Shown: piece after piece, positions 48,762 to 58,263 of the stretch
Layout: the number at the start of each line of letters is the position of its first letter
Position numbering within the stretch: the first letter of the stretch is position 1
From: Desulfuromonadales bacterium
Lineage (GTDB): Bacteria; Desulfobacterota; Desulfuromonadia; Desulfuromonadales; SZUA-540
Length of the DNA stretch: 64,000 bases
Assembly (NCBI GenBank): GCA_033549025.1
Contig: JAWSUS010000007.1
Coordinates: 64,001-128,000 of the forward strand
Reading direction: 5' to 3'
Position numbers and translations under genes: made by a program
Notes under the pieces: generated by a model
Told to the model about the DNA's origin: nothing
Database searches by the model: none
Seen by the model: only the letters and a program-made list of their open reading frames with translations

Positions 48762-49550
48762 TCAAACCCACTCCACCGTGCCATCGGGATGACGCACGCC
48801 TTCCACACGATAGCCGTTTTTCTTCTTTTCATGCTCCAGCCACTCGAAATACTCCCTGTCGCGCTCGTCAAAGGGCCAGTCCCGGTCCATATAGCGCACC
48901 AGCGCGTACCAGAAGCGCAGGGCCTCTTCGGGCGTGGGCAGAAAAAAGCCGGCGAAGGATTCGAGTTCTCCCGTTTCCGGATCGGGCAGGTCGATGTTGA
49001 GCCGTGAACTCGAAGCCAGCCCGGAAGTGGTGATCCCGGTGGTGGAGAAATGCAGGTCGTAGAAATTGACGACCCGGTGCGGCTCATTGCAGCGGTAGAG
49101 ATACACCTTGCCCGTTGCGCGCTCAAAGATGTGGCAGGCGTCGCGGTCGGCGGTGCGTGCCATGTGGCGGGCGTAGAGGCATACCAAGGCAAGCAAACCA
49201 GAGAATAGCCAGTATATGGGCATAAAGCTTTGATGGTAAAGATGAGCAAACCCAAGACACGCTAACACAAATGCCCCCCCCCCTGCCATAATCATGACAA
49301 AGCCCCAGACCCGTGATTTGCTGATGATCGTTTTGCCGTAATAGCGGTTAGGGGTTGTTATTGCACAATGATATGCTAGTTCAACCACGTCCCCTCCACC
49401 AAGAGCATCTTCCGGCACCTCAAATGGCATGGGCGGGGAATAGGTGCGCTTCCTGCCGGCTTCGGACTGCTCGAAGAGCTCCAGGGTGTGCTGGTAGCGG
49501 GCGGTGATCTCAAGGGTCATGCGGCTGCTGGTTTTTTCCGGTTCGATCAT
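48762..49550 (-). CDS. Two-TM membrane protein, candidate T6SS immunity protein
   Basis: Two hydrophobic helices; ATGA overlap with the effector stop codon. Confidence 0.65.
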   Translation of the reverse strand: MIEPEKTSSRMTLEITARYQHTLELFEQSEAGRKRTYSPPMPFEVPEDALGGGDVVELAYHCAITTPNRYYGKTIISKSRVWGFVMIMAGGGAFVLACLGFAHLYHQSFMPIYWLFSGLLALVCLYARHMARTADRDACHIFERATGKVYLYRCNEPHRVVNFYDLHFSTTGITTSGLASSSRLNIDLPDPETGELESFAGFFLPTPEEALRFWYALVRYMDRDWPFDERDREYFEWLEHEKKKNGYRVEGVRHPDGTVEWV

Positions 49551-52500
49551 GACAATACGGCCTCGGGAAACTGCACCACCGTCGGTATGGGACCGGCGAG
49601 GGCGGTGTGTTCAATTTTAATGGGAAGGACCCGACTGCCGTCGCCGTATAGATCGACCAGGGCCTGGGCTTCATAGGTAGCAAAATCTCTGATCGCTTCG
49701 AAATCGTAGGCGAGGGTCAGGGTATAGGAGCCGTCCTGATTCGATATCAATTCCCCCTCACTTCGTGGAGAAATCACTTTTTTTTCGGCGGGCTTGCCGA
49801 AGCGCAGGGGTGGTAGACCGAAGAGGGTATAGTCGATTCGGGTTTTCCCTTCGAAAATAAGAGGCAGGTGGATTTTGAGAACGATTACATGCTGTCGGAA
49901 GCTCTGACACAGAATATGGGGGGCCAGGCGGGGACTGAAGAGAATATTGAAAAGCGTTGCCTCGGCGATGGCGTCATCCCGCCAACATTCAAATTCCCTG
50001 GAGCCTGTATAGCGATTTTCCTTGTCCCGGCCGAAGGGACCGCGGGCAAGAAAATGCTCCAGAGGGGTTCTGGAGAAAAAGAACATGAGCGCACCACCCA
50101 CCAGCATGATGGCGAGACCCGCAGCGGTGCCCGACCGGACGCGACTTGCCTGAAGGCTGCGGCCCAGGGAAACCTTCGTCTTGCCGAACCGGGCGGCTCG
50201 AGTCGCTTGCGCCCCCCTGAAACCGCTGGCACCGAGGGTGTTCATCTCGACCACCCCTCCCAGTGTCGTGGCGGCAGCCAGAATGGTGGTCCCGAGGGCG
50301 GAAACACCAGCGGCGACTGCACCACTGATATGTCCCTTCTTGGACTCGGCCCAGGCATCGTTCCAGGCCTGGGCTACGACGATCACATTGCCGATGAAAC
50401 CGAAGCCGTGGGCGCCCCCTGCGACGGAGATTCTCTTCCTTTTTAGAGAATGCTGCTGCCACCGCGGCAACTCTTTGTTATCCCACCCGGCGCCGATCTG
50501 CTTGATATCCTTCAGGTAGGTGAAGCCGAGGCTGATCAAAGTAGTAAGTGCCGCAGCAAACTTTGCATCGGCTTTTCCGAACTTGCTTTTTTTTACTCCC
50601 GCAACCGCCTTCCCCAGATTCATCACCTCCAGCACGGCGAAGAAGCGCACGGCATTGAGTTTTATCAGCGGCTGGTTCTTTTGCAGCCACTCCACCGAGC
50701 GGCCCATGGTCAGATCCATCTGGCGGGACATGCCCTTCTTGATCACCACCCACTGGGCCGCGTCAAAGCGCCCCCGCAGCACGGTGGTAAAACTGTTGCT
50801 CAGATAACCTCCCTTTGCGGTAGTCGCAGCGCTTCCCGCCAGTACCGGCGCCAAGTTGAAGTTGCCGTGCTCGAGGATGTATTCGCCATCGGAGATCTGT
50901 TCGACGATTTTGGCGAAGAGCTCGAACACCTTCTTTTCCAACTCAGGATCTATTTGGGCCGCAGCCGCCATGTTTTCAAAGAACTCGGCCGCCTTATCGA
51001 CATTCTTGCCGAGGGCTTCGATTTTCCTGGAGCAGGGGCTGAGGGCACTGACCAGAAAATGATCTGGCTGCTTGAGGCTTGTACTGAGATATTGCCTTCC
51101 CTCGCCATAGATGAGGTGTCCGACCAGTTCACTGGAGAGGAGGTGGCCCTGAAACAAACGTTCGACATGGGGGTGTTCATCGTAGTCCTTCATGACGGTA
51201 TGAATGTCGGGACATCCTTCAACCGGTGCACTGGTAATGAATTGACCCAAAACCACGGCCGCATCTTCCAGCGCATGAAGGTGGGCAATCTGCCGGTCCC
51301 ACTGGACGATCGCCCTCAGTTCGTCCATGTCGACGAGAGCGGCTGCCTTTGGGGAGTCCAGGCCCATCTGAAAGACAATCTCCGCCATGGCGTTCTTGGT
51401 TCCGGCTTCTTCGGCGGCTTGGTTTCTTCCTTCCAAGTAGTTCTGCTTGCAGATGAAGACCTCCGTCGCCAAATCCTTGGCAATGCCGATGGGATCATGC
51501 AGATAAACAACCGGAACCTTGCTCTGCCGGAACGCCGCCAGATCATAGCGCAGCGGTATCTCGAACTGGTTCGCCGGGCCGATCACTCCTTCATCCTGGT
51601 CGAAATCGGGATAGCTAAAAAGATCGATCTTCTGCAAACGCCTGCTGCGCAGCTTGGTGGCCTCTTCCGAATCCACCCCCGGGGGAATCGCTCCACCTTG
51701 CTCCTGCCGGGGATCATCCTCAGCCATTCCGCCCATGGCGTCGATGCGGGCCCAGCTCCATTGCACCTCGGAGTAGGCCATCTCCAGCGCGACCGCTTTT
51801 CCCTGAATGGTGTAGGGTACCACCACGCGGCTGTCGCTGGTTTGCACGGTGGCGGGCCGCACATCCTGCCCCTTTTCGTAGGTCAGATTGACGTCGCGGA
51901 AAAAGCCTTCCCGTTCGACTTTGAGCTCACGCCAGAGTTGGCCATTGACAAAGACATAGAGCCAGCCCAGATCCTGGCTGCAGCGTGGGTATTGGGCTTT
52001 GGTACGGTCGGCGTCGGCCGTTGTGTAACAGCGGGGCAACAGGGGAACCAGGGCCGTTTGCCACCTTGGTGAGGACTCCTCGCTGGAACAGGTGGAGAAG
52101 CCCTGCACCAGGGGGATCTGGTAGGCACCGTGCTTTTCATCCGGCTGGTAAAGAAAAAGGTCATACTCACCTTCGGCGAGGTTTTCAAAAATCAGTTCGC
52201 GGCGATGGTCGTCGGTGCGGGCCGTGGAACCCAGGGGAACTTCATGGGTGCTGTCTCCGCTTCTGGCAATCAAGGTGCCCTTCATGTTCAGGCTTTGGGT
52301 GCCGGCAATCTCCAAGGCGAGCTTAAAGGGTGTACCCGGTTTGTCCAGAGCGTCGACCAAGGCGAGGGCCTTGGCGGGTGCGGGCGAGGCCTTCGGTTGC
52401 ACCAAGGGCATGGGGGCGGTGTTGCGGTTGTTGGAGACCATAAGATCGCCATTGCGCACGGCCGCTATCCCTTCAATGTACACATTGGGGGAGGCGGTTA

Positions 52501-53551
52501 TAAAATCGGCCTTGCCCATGATGGTGCCGGAGTGAAGTCCCTGGCGATTGCCGGCTTCATCGCCGATGCTTTTGGCGAAGCATGAGTTTTTGGTACAGAC
52601 GGGATGGCCGTTGATAAAAACCGTGGCAGCGGTATTGGCGGCGTCGCTGGATTTGGCGATATTGGTGTAGGGAATATTGACGACAGCGGGACCGATCTGC
52701 GTGCGACAGACATCTACCGTGGTCAGGGTAGCGCAGCTGCCGGCATGCACGGCAGTGCGGCCGTTGATAAGGACGTTGCCGGAGTGTGAAACAGAATTTT
52801 TATGCGAGACCTTAGCAGTTTGTATCTTGGTCTGATTTTCGGACATTGGTGAAGTCTTTAGTCTGGATAAATCCTGATCTATTTTTTGAAGCTGAGCCGA
52901 TGTTATTTTCTCCAATGTTTTTTCATTCCCCGCAACTTGCAAAGGTTCAAGGTCCGAAATTGACGGTTCATACTCCTGTGTCCCCTGTACTTTTTGTAAA
53001 TAACGCCTGTACCGTGGGATGAGAGGTATAACTGCTCGGTCAGCTATTTGCAAACCACCATATTCTTCTTCCGGCCCATCGTGATGAAATTTATAAACCC
53101 ATCTGTGAAGTTCAGAATCGGAAATGCCCCTACTCCGTGCCAGTGTGATGTTTTCTGAAGTGAAATCAACCAGCGCTCTCGCTTGAGCATCCATGTTCCA
53201 CCGATTGTCATCCGAAAGACCGTAGGCGGAACCGGTTCGATTGATGAACTGTCCTAAACCACTTGCGCTGGTAGGTCCTGCCGCCGCATCCGGGTTAAAC
53301 CCAGATTCGTGTCGTGCGATGGCAAGGGTCATAGCAATTAGGTCATCAGACATCCCTTTTGCGCGGCCAGCCGCTACAATGGCGTCAATAGCTTGTTGTT
53401 GTACATCAAGAGAGGCATCCCCGTGTCGGCGACTGAAACCTGAAGGGCGGCCTGGAGTGGAATCGATAGGAGAATGGTAGTGTGACCATTCAGCTACTTG
53501 ACTTGAGGTGTAGGCTGCACCCCGCGACGAAAATATGTCATCAGTGTTCAT
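49547..53551 (-). CDS. T6SS effector: lysozyme/SLT-like + PAAR-like (DUF4150) + MIX-like + hydrophobic VasX-like C-terminus
   Basis: ARHESGFN..GLGQF; VDVCRT..IPYTNIA..SIGDEAG..SPNVYIEG; GWLYVF, AYSEVQWS, LHDPIG; several C-terminal Gly/Ala-rich TM segments. Confidence 0.78.
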   Translation of the reverse strand: MNTDDIFSSRGAAYTSSQVAEWSHYHSPIDSTPGRPSGFSRRHGDASLDVQQQAIDAIVAAGRAKGMSDDLIAMTLAIARHESGFNPDAAAGPTSASGLGQFINRTGSAYGLSDDNRWNMDAQARALVDFTSENITLARSRGISDSELHRWVYKFHHDGPEEEYGGLQIADRAVIPLIPRYRRYLQKVQGTQEYEPSISDLEPLQVAGNEKTLEKITSAQLQKIDQDLSRLKTSPMSENQTKIQTAKVSHKNSVSHSGNVLINGRTAVHAGSCATLTTVDVCRTQIGPAVVNIPYTNIAKSSDAANTAATVFINGHPVCTKNSCFAKSIGDEAGNRQGLHSGTIMGKADFITASPNVYIEGIAAVRNGDLMVSNNRNTAPMPLVQPKASPAPAKALALVDALDKPGTPFKLALEIAGTQSLNMKGTLIARSGDSTHEVPLGSTARTDDHRRELIFENLAEGEYDLFLYQPDEKHGAYQIPLVQGFSTCSSEESSPRWQTALVPLLPRCYTTADADRTKAQYPRCSQDLGWLYVFVNGQLWRELKVEREGFFRDVNLTYEKGQDVRPATVQTSDSRVVVPYTIQGKAVALEMAYSEVQWSWARIDAMGGMAEDDPRQEQGGAIPPGVDSEEATKLRSRRLQKIDLFSYPDFDQDEGVIGPANQFEIPLRYDLAAFRQSKVPVVYLHDPIGIAKDLATEVFICKQNYLEGRNQAAEEAGTKNAMAEIVFQMGLDSPKAAALVDMDELRAIVQWDRQIAHLHALEDAAVVLGQFITSAPVEGCPDIHTVMKDYDEHPHVERLFQGHLLSSELVGHLIYGEGRQYLSTSLKQPDHFLVSALSPCSRKIEALGKNVDKAAEFFENMAAAAQIDPELEKKVFELFAKIVEQISDGEYILEHGNFNLAPVLAGSAATTAKGGYLSNSFTTVLRGRFDAAQWVVIKKGMSRQMDLTMGRSVEWLQKNQPLIKLNAVRFFAVLEVMNLGKAVAGVKKSKFGKADAKFAAALTTLISLGFTYLKDIKQIGAGWDNKELPRWQQHSLKRKRISVAGGAHGFGFIGNVIVVAQAWNDAWAESKKGHISGAVAAGVSALGTTILAAATTLGGVVEMNTLGASGFRGAQATRAARFGKTKVSLGRSLQASRVRSGTAAGLAIMLVGGALMFFFSRTPLEHFLARGPFGRDKENRYTGSREFECWRDDAIAEATLFNILFSPRLAPHILCQSFRQHVIVLKIHLPLIFEGKTRIDYTLFGLPPLRFGKPAEKKVISPRSEGELISNQDGSYTLTLAYDFEAIRDFATYEAQALVDLYGDGSRVLPIKIEHTALAGPIPTVVQFPEAVLS

Positions 53552-53619
53552 TGAACGGCTCCAGGTGAGTCAATGGATTCCTGAGGAAAATAAGAAAAGA
53601 AAAAGTCTAATAATCTGCG

Positions 53620-54219
53620 CTATTCATTGGCGGTAATTTCATCGACTAGGCATTCAATCTTTGACTTCCATGACATGGGTTCATCACGACTTATCGGATA
53701 TATCTTGGCCGCCAGGAGGCAATTTTCCTCATCGGTACGGTACAGTGGAGAAGCGACTGAAGTGAACCCACGCTTGATAAGTTGTGGTTCATCCAGACGG
53801 AATAGCAAAATCTCCCAACAACAACGTGCGCCACCACTAAAAACCGATAAGGCAAAATACTCAACCCCTTGATGGCTCAGTAAAAACCATGGTTTTTCCT
53901 GCTCGGGATCAAGAACATAATTGGAGGATTCCCAGAGGAGTAATTCAAGCGCCTTATCGCCACTCCACGTGACGCAAAGCTTGCTATTTTCTTCTGAGGT
54001 CTCTGAACTCAAGACAATATGTCCCCCACTTAAGGGTGTAGGAATGTGAACGGCTTGAAGGCTGTTTACTTCACAAGAAGCGCTCATTTTTTGTGAAAGA
54101 GGATTTGTTAGAGAGTTTGCGGTTGAGGCACACCCAGAGAAAACTAATAAAGCAGAAAGGTACGAGAGAACTCGGGTACAGGCAATGCGGCGATAGGACT
54201 GAGCCACGGTATGAATCAT
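53620..54219 (-). CDS. Lipoprotein, candidate periplasmic immunity protein
   Basis: Lipobox FSGC, FSGGARCC motif, AT-richer than neighbours, directly upstream of the effector. Confidence 0.6.
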   Translation of the reverse strand: MIHTVAQSYRRIACTRVLSYLSALLVFSGCASTANSLTNPLSQKMSASCEVNSLQAVHIPTPLSGGHIVLSSETSEENSKLCVTWSGDKALELLLWESSNYVLDPEQEKPWFLLSHQGVEYFALSVFSGGARCCWEILLFRLDEPQLIKRGFTSVASPLYRTDEENCLLAAKIYPISRDEPMSWKSKIECLVDEITANE

Positions 54220-54378
54220 GATGATCTCCCTTGATGTAATCTGCCAAAATGTGTAAATGGATTTCGATCTCTATAGTAGGGAAGTAATTCAAAAACTTTA
54301 AAGTTTTATAACGTTGTGGCCTGATTGACCATTGAAATTTCAAATTAAATTTTATGGGAAGGGGATTCTTCCCTGTCT

Positions 54379-55527
54379 TCACAGCGGAGTAGTCAATATT
54401 TTGGATGATTTTCTGGACGTCGCCTCTTCGGGATACGGTGGTTTATGTAGCCACAGCGCCCCACGGGGCGGGGTGTCGCCTGCTTCGCAGACCAATAGGC
54501 TGGTGATCGCTGTATAGGTGAAGTCTAGACGGGCACAGCCCAAGGCCACTGACAGCGGCAGGGTCGCTGCACCGATGTCGCCGAGAAAATGGCAGGGGTA
54601 AAGTTCTTCTATGGGCTGCTGGGTGCTTGGCCATAGGTTCTGGCGCACTTGATGCCATTCGAGAGTTTGGCAGGCGCTGGCGTCCAAGGGGAGGATGACG
54701 GCGGCCGGTTCGGGTGTGTTTTGGTCATCCTGTGTGCTTTTTCTGATGGCCTCGGCGAGTCCCGTCATGCTCTTTTCATCTGCCTGACCGGGAAAGGGTT
54801 CCACGGTGGCGGCGAGACTGGTGATGTGGGCAAGGCCTGATGCAGTTGTGGTTTTTTGCAGGAACAGAAAGACGGCGGCTTCGCCGGGAAAGATCCCGCT
54901 GCTGCCTGCCGTCAGCAGGGCACGACTTTGCATCACCTCCAAACAGGTGGCGGTATCGACGAGGGTGTCGGCGCCACCGAAGAGGACGGCATCCCACATC
55001 CCTTTTTTGAGTTGCTCACAGGCCTCAAGCAGAGCGGACACGGACCCATCCGCCGGGGTCAGGAGGCGGATTTCAACCTGTTCGGCTTCTGGCAAGGTGC
55101 TCCGAAGGAAGGCCTGTATTTGCTGGTGATCGACCTGACTGCCTCTTATGGTGTCGATGGGAGGCAAAAGCAGCAGAACCAGCAGGGAGCGGCCGACAGG
55201 CAGGGAAGGCTGTTTTTCCAGAAGGTTGTATAGGGCCTCTTCCAGAAGGGTGAGAAGACGATCCTGGGGTGACGTCAAGTCGTCAAACTCCGGTAGGGCG
55301 CCAGTGTGGATGGGCTGGAGCTGGTCGGGATTGTTTTCTGCCGGCAGCATCAGGCCGGGATGCGGTCTTGCCGTGGACATATTGGTAGCCACGCCGCCAA
55401 AAAGAGCGGCCGTTTCGCTGCCAAAACGGCAGCAAAGACCGATATCCATTATTTGGACGACGGTCTGGGGTTTGGCCACCTCAGGTCGTGAAGGATAGCT
55501 GGCGAGGGACGTTTTGCTTGGGCACAT
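54379..55527 (-). CDS. Ketoacyl-synthase/thiolase-like T6SS accessory protein
   Basis: GGADTL, PGEAAVF, GDIGAA; typical position between DUF2169 and DUF4150 genes; TGATG overlap. Confidence 0.72.
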   Translation of the reverse strand: MCPSKTSLASYPSRPEVAKPQTVVQIMDIGLCCRFGSETAALFGGVATNMSTARPHPGLMLPAENNPDQLQPIHTGALPEFDDLTSPQDRLLTLLEEALYNLLEKQPSLPVGRSLLVLLLLPPIDTIRGSQVDHQQIQAFLRSTLPEAEQVEIRLLTPADGSVSALLEACEQLKKGMWDAVLFGGADTLVDTATCLEVMQSRALLTAGSSGIFPGEAAVFLFLQKTTTASGLAHITSLAATVEPFPGQADEKSMTGLAEAIRKSTQDDQNTPEPAAVILPLDASACQTLEWHQVRQNLWPSTQQPIEELYPCHFLGDIGAATLPLSVALGCARLDFTYTAITSLLVCEAGDTPPRGALWLHKPPYPEEATSRKSSKILTTPL

Positions 55528-56579
55528 CAGGTTAACGCCTCGGCGACGACTGGATTTTTTTCTGACAAAAGATTGCGCAGAATGAGTAAGCCGAATTCTC
55601 TTTCGTGCAGATCGAGGACGATCCCGCAACGAAAGATCTGGTGAATTTCCTGACGATCCGTATCGATAACGAGAGTGTCACATACCGGGTCAAGGCGGCT
55701 GAGTTGTTCACCTGCGTGGCGAAAAACGGCGGGTTTCAATTCGGGCAGGCGGATGAGAACCTCGTGAGAAGCTTCCGCGAGCAGCCCGGTAACCCTAAGG
55801 ACCATCTCCCCTTCAAAAGGGGCATCGAAGCGTTGATCCTGGGGGGCGACGTTGTGCATTGTTGCCGGGAGCGGCACCGCCCAGGGGCAAAGGCCCTGGG
55901 CGACGGATTCGGCATCGATTTCCCCGACTTCCCGCCAGCGGGGATCCCAGAATGGCGGCAGGGGACCGAACCCCGCGGGCTTCACGCGGCTGGCCGGACT
56001 GCTGATAAAGTTGGGTCCAATTTCGATAGCGGGCAGGCCAGGGTTCTTGGTTCGCAGGCCGCGAAAGCTGTAGCCGACGCCAGCCGGGTTGGCGAGGCAG
56101 ACTTGTTCAGGATGGGCAGGGTCGCTGCCGCCAAAGGCATTTTCGTAAATCAGCGGCACAGGGGCGGTGATGGAGGCAGGTTTCCCCGGCAAAGGAGTCA
56201 ACATCCTGCGCTGCCAACTGCGGTTTCCGAAGACACGCAGCTCTTTGTGCCAGTAGCGGTTATTGTCCTGGCACAGGCTCAGAGCTACCTGGATGACCGG
56301 GCTGCCGCACGGGTCAGGCTGCGCGCTGCCGAACAGGTAGAGTTCGGCCCCCTGTTTAAACGGAACCACTTCACTGCTGGCCACTAGGCTTGAGCACGTT
56401 GGTTCGCCCCGGTACTGGTCGGCTTCCACGAGAGGGACTTGAGGCAAATCGGTCAGGTTACCCTGACCGTCAAATTGATAACTGGCCTTAAAGACCAGCG
56501 TCCATTGTCGGTAGCCTTGGCGGCTCCAACCGGGATAAAGACCGGCCGCCCAATCCGTCTGGTTCTCAAGCTGCATCAA
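55527..56579 (-). CDS. DUF2169 T6SS adaptor
   Basis: KASY, VPFK, LRVFGNRSW, YENAFGG, NPAGVG, GFGP, APQDQ, DTLVID. Confidence 0.85.
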   Translation of the reverse strand: MMQLENQTDWAAGLYPGWSRQGYRQWTLVFKASYQFDGQGNLTDLPQVPLVEADQYRGEPTCSSLVASSEVVPFKQGAELYLFGSAQPDPCGSPVIQVALSLCQDNNRYWHKELRVFGNRSWQRRMLTPLPGKPASITAPVPLIYENAFGGSDPAHPEQVCLANPAGVGYSFRGLRTKNPGLPAIEIGPNFISSPASRVKPAGFGPLPPFWDPRWREVGEIDAESVAQGLCPWAVPLPATMHNVAPQDQRFDAPFEGEMVLRVTGLLAEASHEVLIRLPELKPAVFRHAGEQLSRLDPVCDTLVIDTDRQEIHQIFRCGIVLDLHEREFGLLILRNLLSEKNPVVAEALT

Positions 56580-57793
56580 CGGGCCTCCTGTCGGACTCTT
56601 TGCGGCGCTTCTTGGGCCAGATGATGCTGACGTTTCACCTGCAGGGCGTTGGCACTGACACCGACCGGGGCCCCCTGCAGGTAGGCAAGCAGGTCAAGCA
56701 GGTGATGACTGAAACGCCCGGCCCAATTTAGACACAGCTGCCTGACCCAGGGAATATCCAACGGTCGGCCCATAAGGAGGCGTTGACCGACGGCAAGCTG
56801 ATCGCGATGCTTGTTCCACCAGCCTGTCGGGCCGTTTTGTCGATCCACGCCCGTCTGCTCGGTTACCAGCTGCAGATGGGGAGAGACTTGGAGGTCTGTG
56901 CCGCTCACCCAGCGCCAGATCTGAGCCGAGAGGGCGGGGTCCTTCAGCTGCGGGGTCAGGCTCAGTAGGGCATCGATGGCCTCCCGAGTGCCATGAAGAG
57001 CCAGCAGTTCAGCCGCGCGTTCGGGGTGCTTGGCGCCATAGTGACGAATGACTTCGACGAGCTTCGGCTCGGCTGCCAGCGCGCCCAGGCGCAACAGCTG
57101 ATAGAAGGCTTCGGCCTCACTTTCCGTCTCAATGCAGCGCCACAGATGTTTAGTCGCCTTATCCCCATGCAGCGCGGTTCCCCAGAGGGCTGCCGCCAAG
57201 ATGAGGCCCGAGGTATTGGGGGGGCGACTGCCGCCCTGCCAACCCTGGAGGTAGGGGGCAAAGAGGTCAAGGCCGCTGCCCGCCTGTCGGCTGGCGTAGT
57301 GTAAAGCCGCTACCTGCAGGTGCGAATCAAGACCGCGCAGTTCGGCCGCCGAGGTCAGCGCCGCAGGAACGGCGTAGGGCTGTTCCTGCCAGAGCTGAAA
57401 AAGCAAAGCGCGAAGATGGGGGGTCTCCCGGTAGAGTTCGAGCAATTGCTGGCCCTCGGCGGGAATGGAAACCAGGGCCAGGGCCTGAAAGGCCCCCTGC
57501 TGAACCTCGCCACCTTCGGCCAGGCAGGTCACAGCCTGTTCATATCCTGCCAGCCGGCGCTGCCTGTCACTGGACAGCAGTTGGCTGGCGAGGCAGACAA
57601 AGGTTTCCCCCTCATCGGTCGGATTTGCCGGCGTCTGGGGGCGGTAAGCCAGGACATGCAGATGGATGAAAAGGCGCTGCTCCAGGCCTGCCAGCATGGA
57701 GGCATCGACCAGAGGCTGCAGTTGCAGGAAGCACCTTTGAACATAGAGGGCTTGGGCCGATTCCTCATGGGAAGCCAAAAAAGGGATGGTCAT
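56576..57793 (-). CDS. Helical-repeat T6SS accessory protein (TIGR02270-like)
   Basis: LEQRL..HL N-terminus, Ala/Leu-rich helices, C-terminal RLLMGRP; gene context. Confidence 0.55.
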   Translation of the reverse strand: MTIPFLASHEESAQALYVQRCFLQLQPLVDASMLAGLEQRLFIHLHVLAYRPQTPANPTDEGETFVCLASQLLSSDRQRRLAGYEQAVTCLAEGGEVQQGAFQALALVSIPAEGQQLLELYRETPHLRALLFQLWQEQPYAVPAALTSAAELRGLDSHLQVAALHYASRQAGSGLDLFAPYLQGWQGGSRPPNTSGLILAAALWGTALHGDKATKHLWRCIETESEAEAFYQLLRLGALAAEPKLVEVIRHYGAKHPERAAELLALHGTREAIDALLSLTPQLKDPALSAQIWRWVSGTDLQVSPHLQLVTEQTGVDRQNGPTGWWNKHRDQLAVGQRLLMGRPLDIPWVRQLCLNWAGRFSHHLLDLLAYLQGAPVGVSANALQVKRQHHLAQEAPQRVRQEAR

Positions 57794-57797
57794 GGGG

Positions 57798-58220
57798 TCA
57801 ATTGATCTCGATGGTCGTGCCCTGCAGCCGCATGCGGCCATGGGCGATACTGGTAATCTGCCGTCCGTTCAGGCGGATTGAGCCGTCTTTGTGGATTTCC
57901 AGCCAACTGTCTCCCACCTGCAGGCGGATACCGGTGGCCGCTTCCAGGTTCAATTGACCGTTGTCTGTCTGTAGACGCGGGGCGGGTTCTTCTCCCTTGG
58001 CCCTGAGGCGGCCGCAGACAATCAGGCCGACCTCTGTCGCCATCGTCATGACGGCATCCCCTTCTTTGAGATATTCGGTCTGATGCAGGTGTCCGGCCAC
58101 GCGATATTTTTCACCGCCCTGTTCCACCAGCAACGCTTCTCCCTCACGAACGGTGAGAACTGTGGCGAGATGTAACGGGAGGTGGCTCGTTGGATGGAGG
58201 GCTTTCAGGTTGCTGTGCAT
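57798..58220 (-). CDS. Small VgrG-associated protein (DUF6484-like)
   Basis: C-terminal IRLQVG..LEIHKDG.I.LNG..I.S.A.G..RLQG..I.IN. Confidence 0.6.
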   Translation of the reverse strand: MHSNLKALHPTSHLPLHLATVLTVREGEALLVEQGGEKYRVAGHLHQTEYLKEGDAVMTMATEVGLIVCGRLRAKGEEPAPRLQTDNGQLNLEAATGIRLQVGDSWLEIHKDGSIRLNGRQITSIAHGRMRLQGTTIEIN

Positions 58221-58263
58221 GTTTTTCCTTTCCTTATGGCCTCGGCGGGAATCGCTAGGGGGC

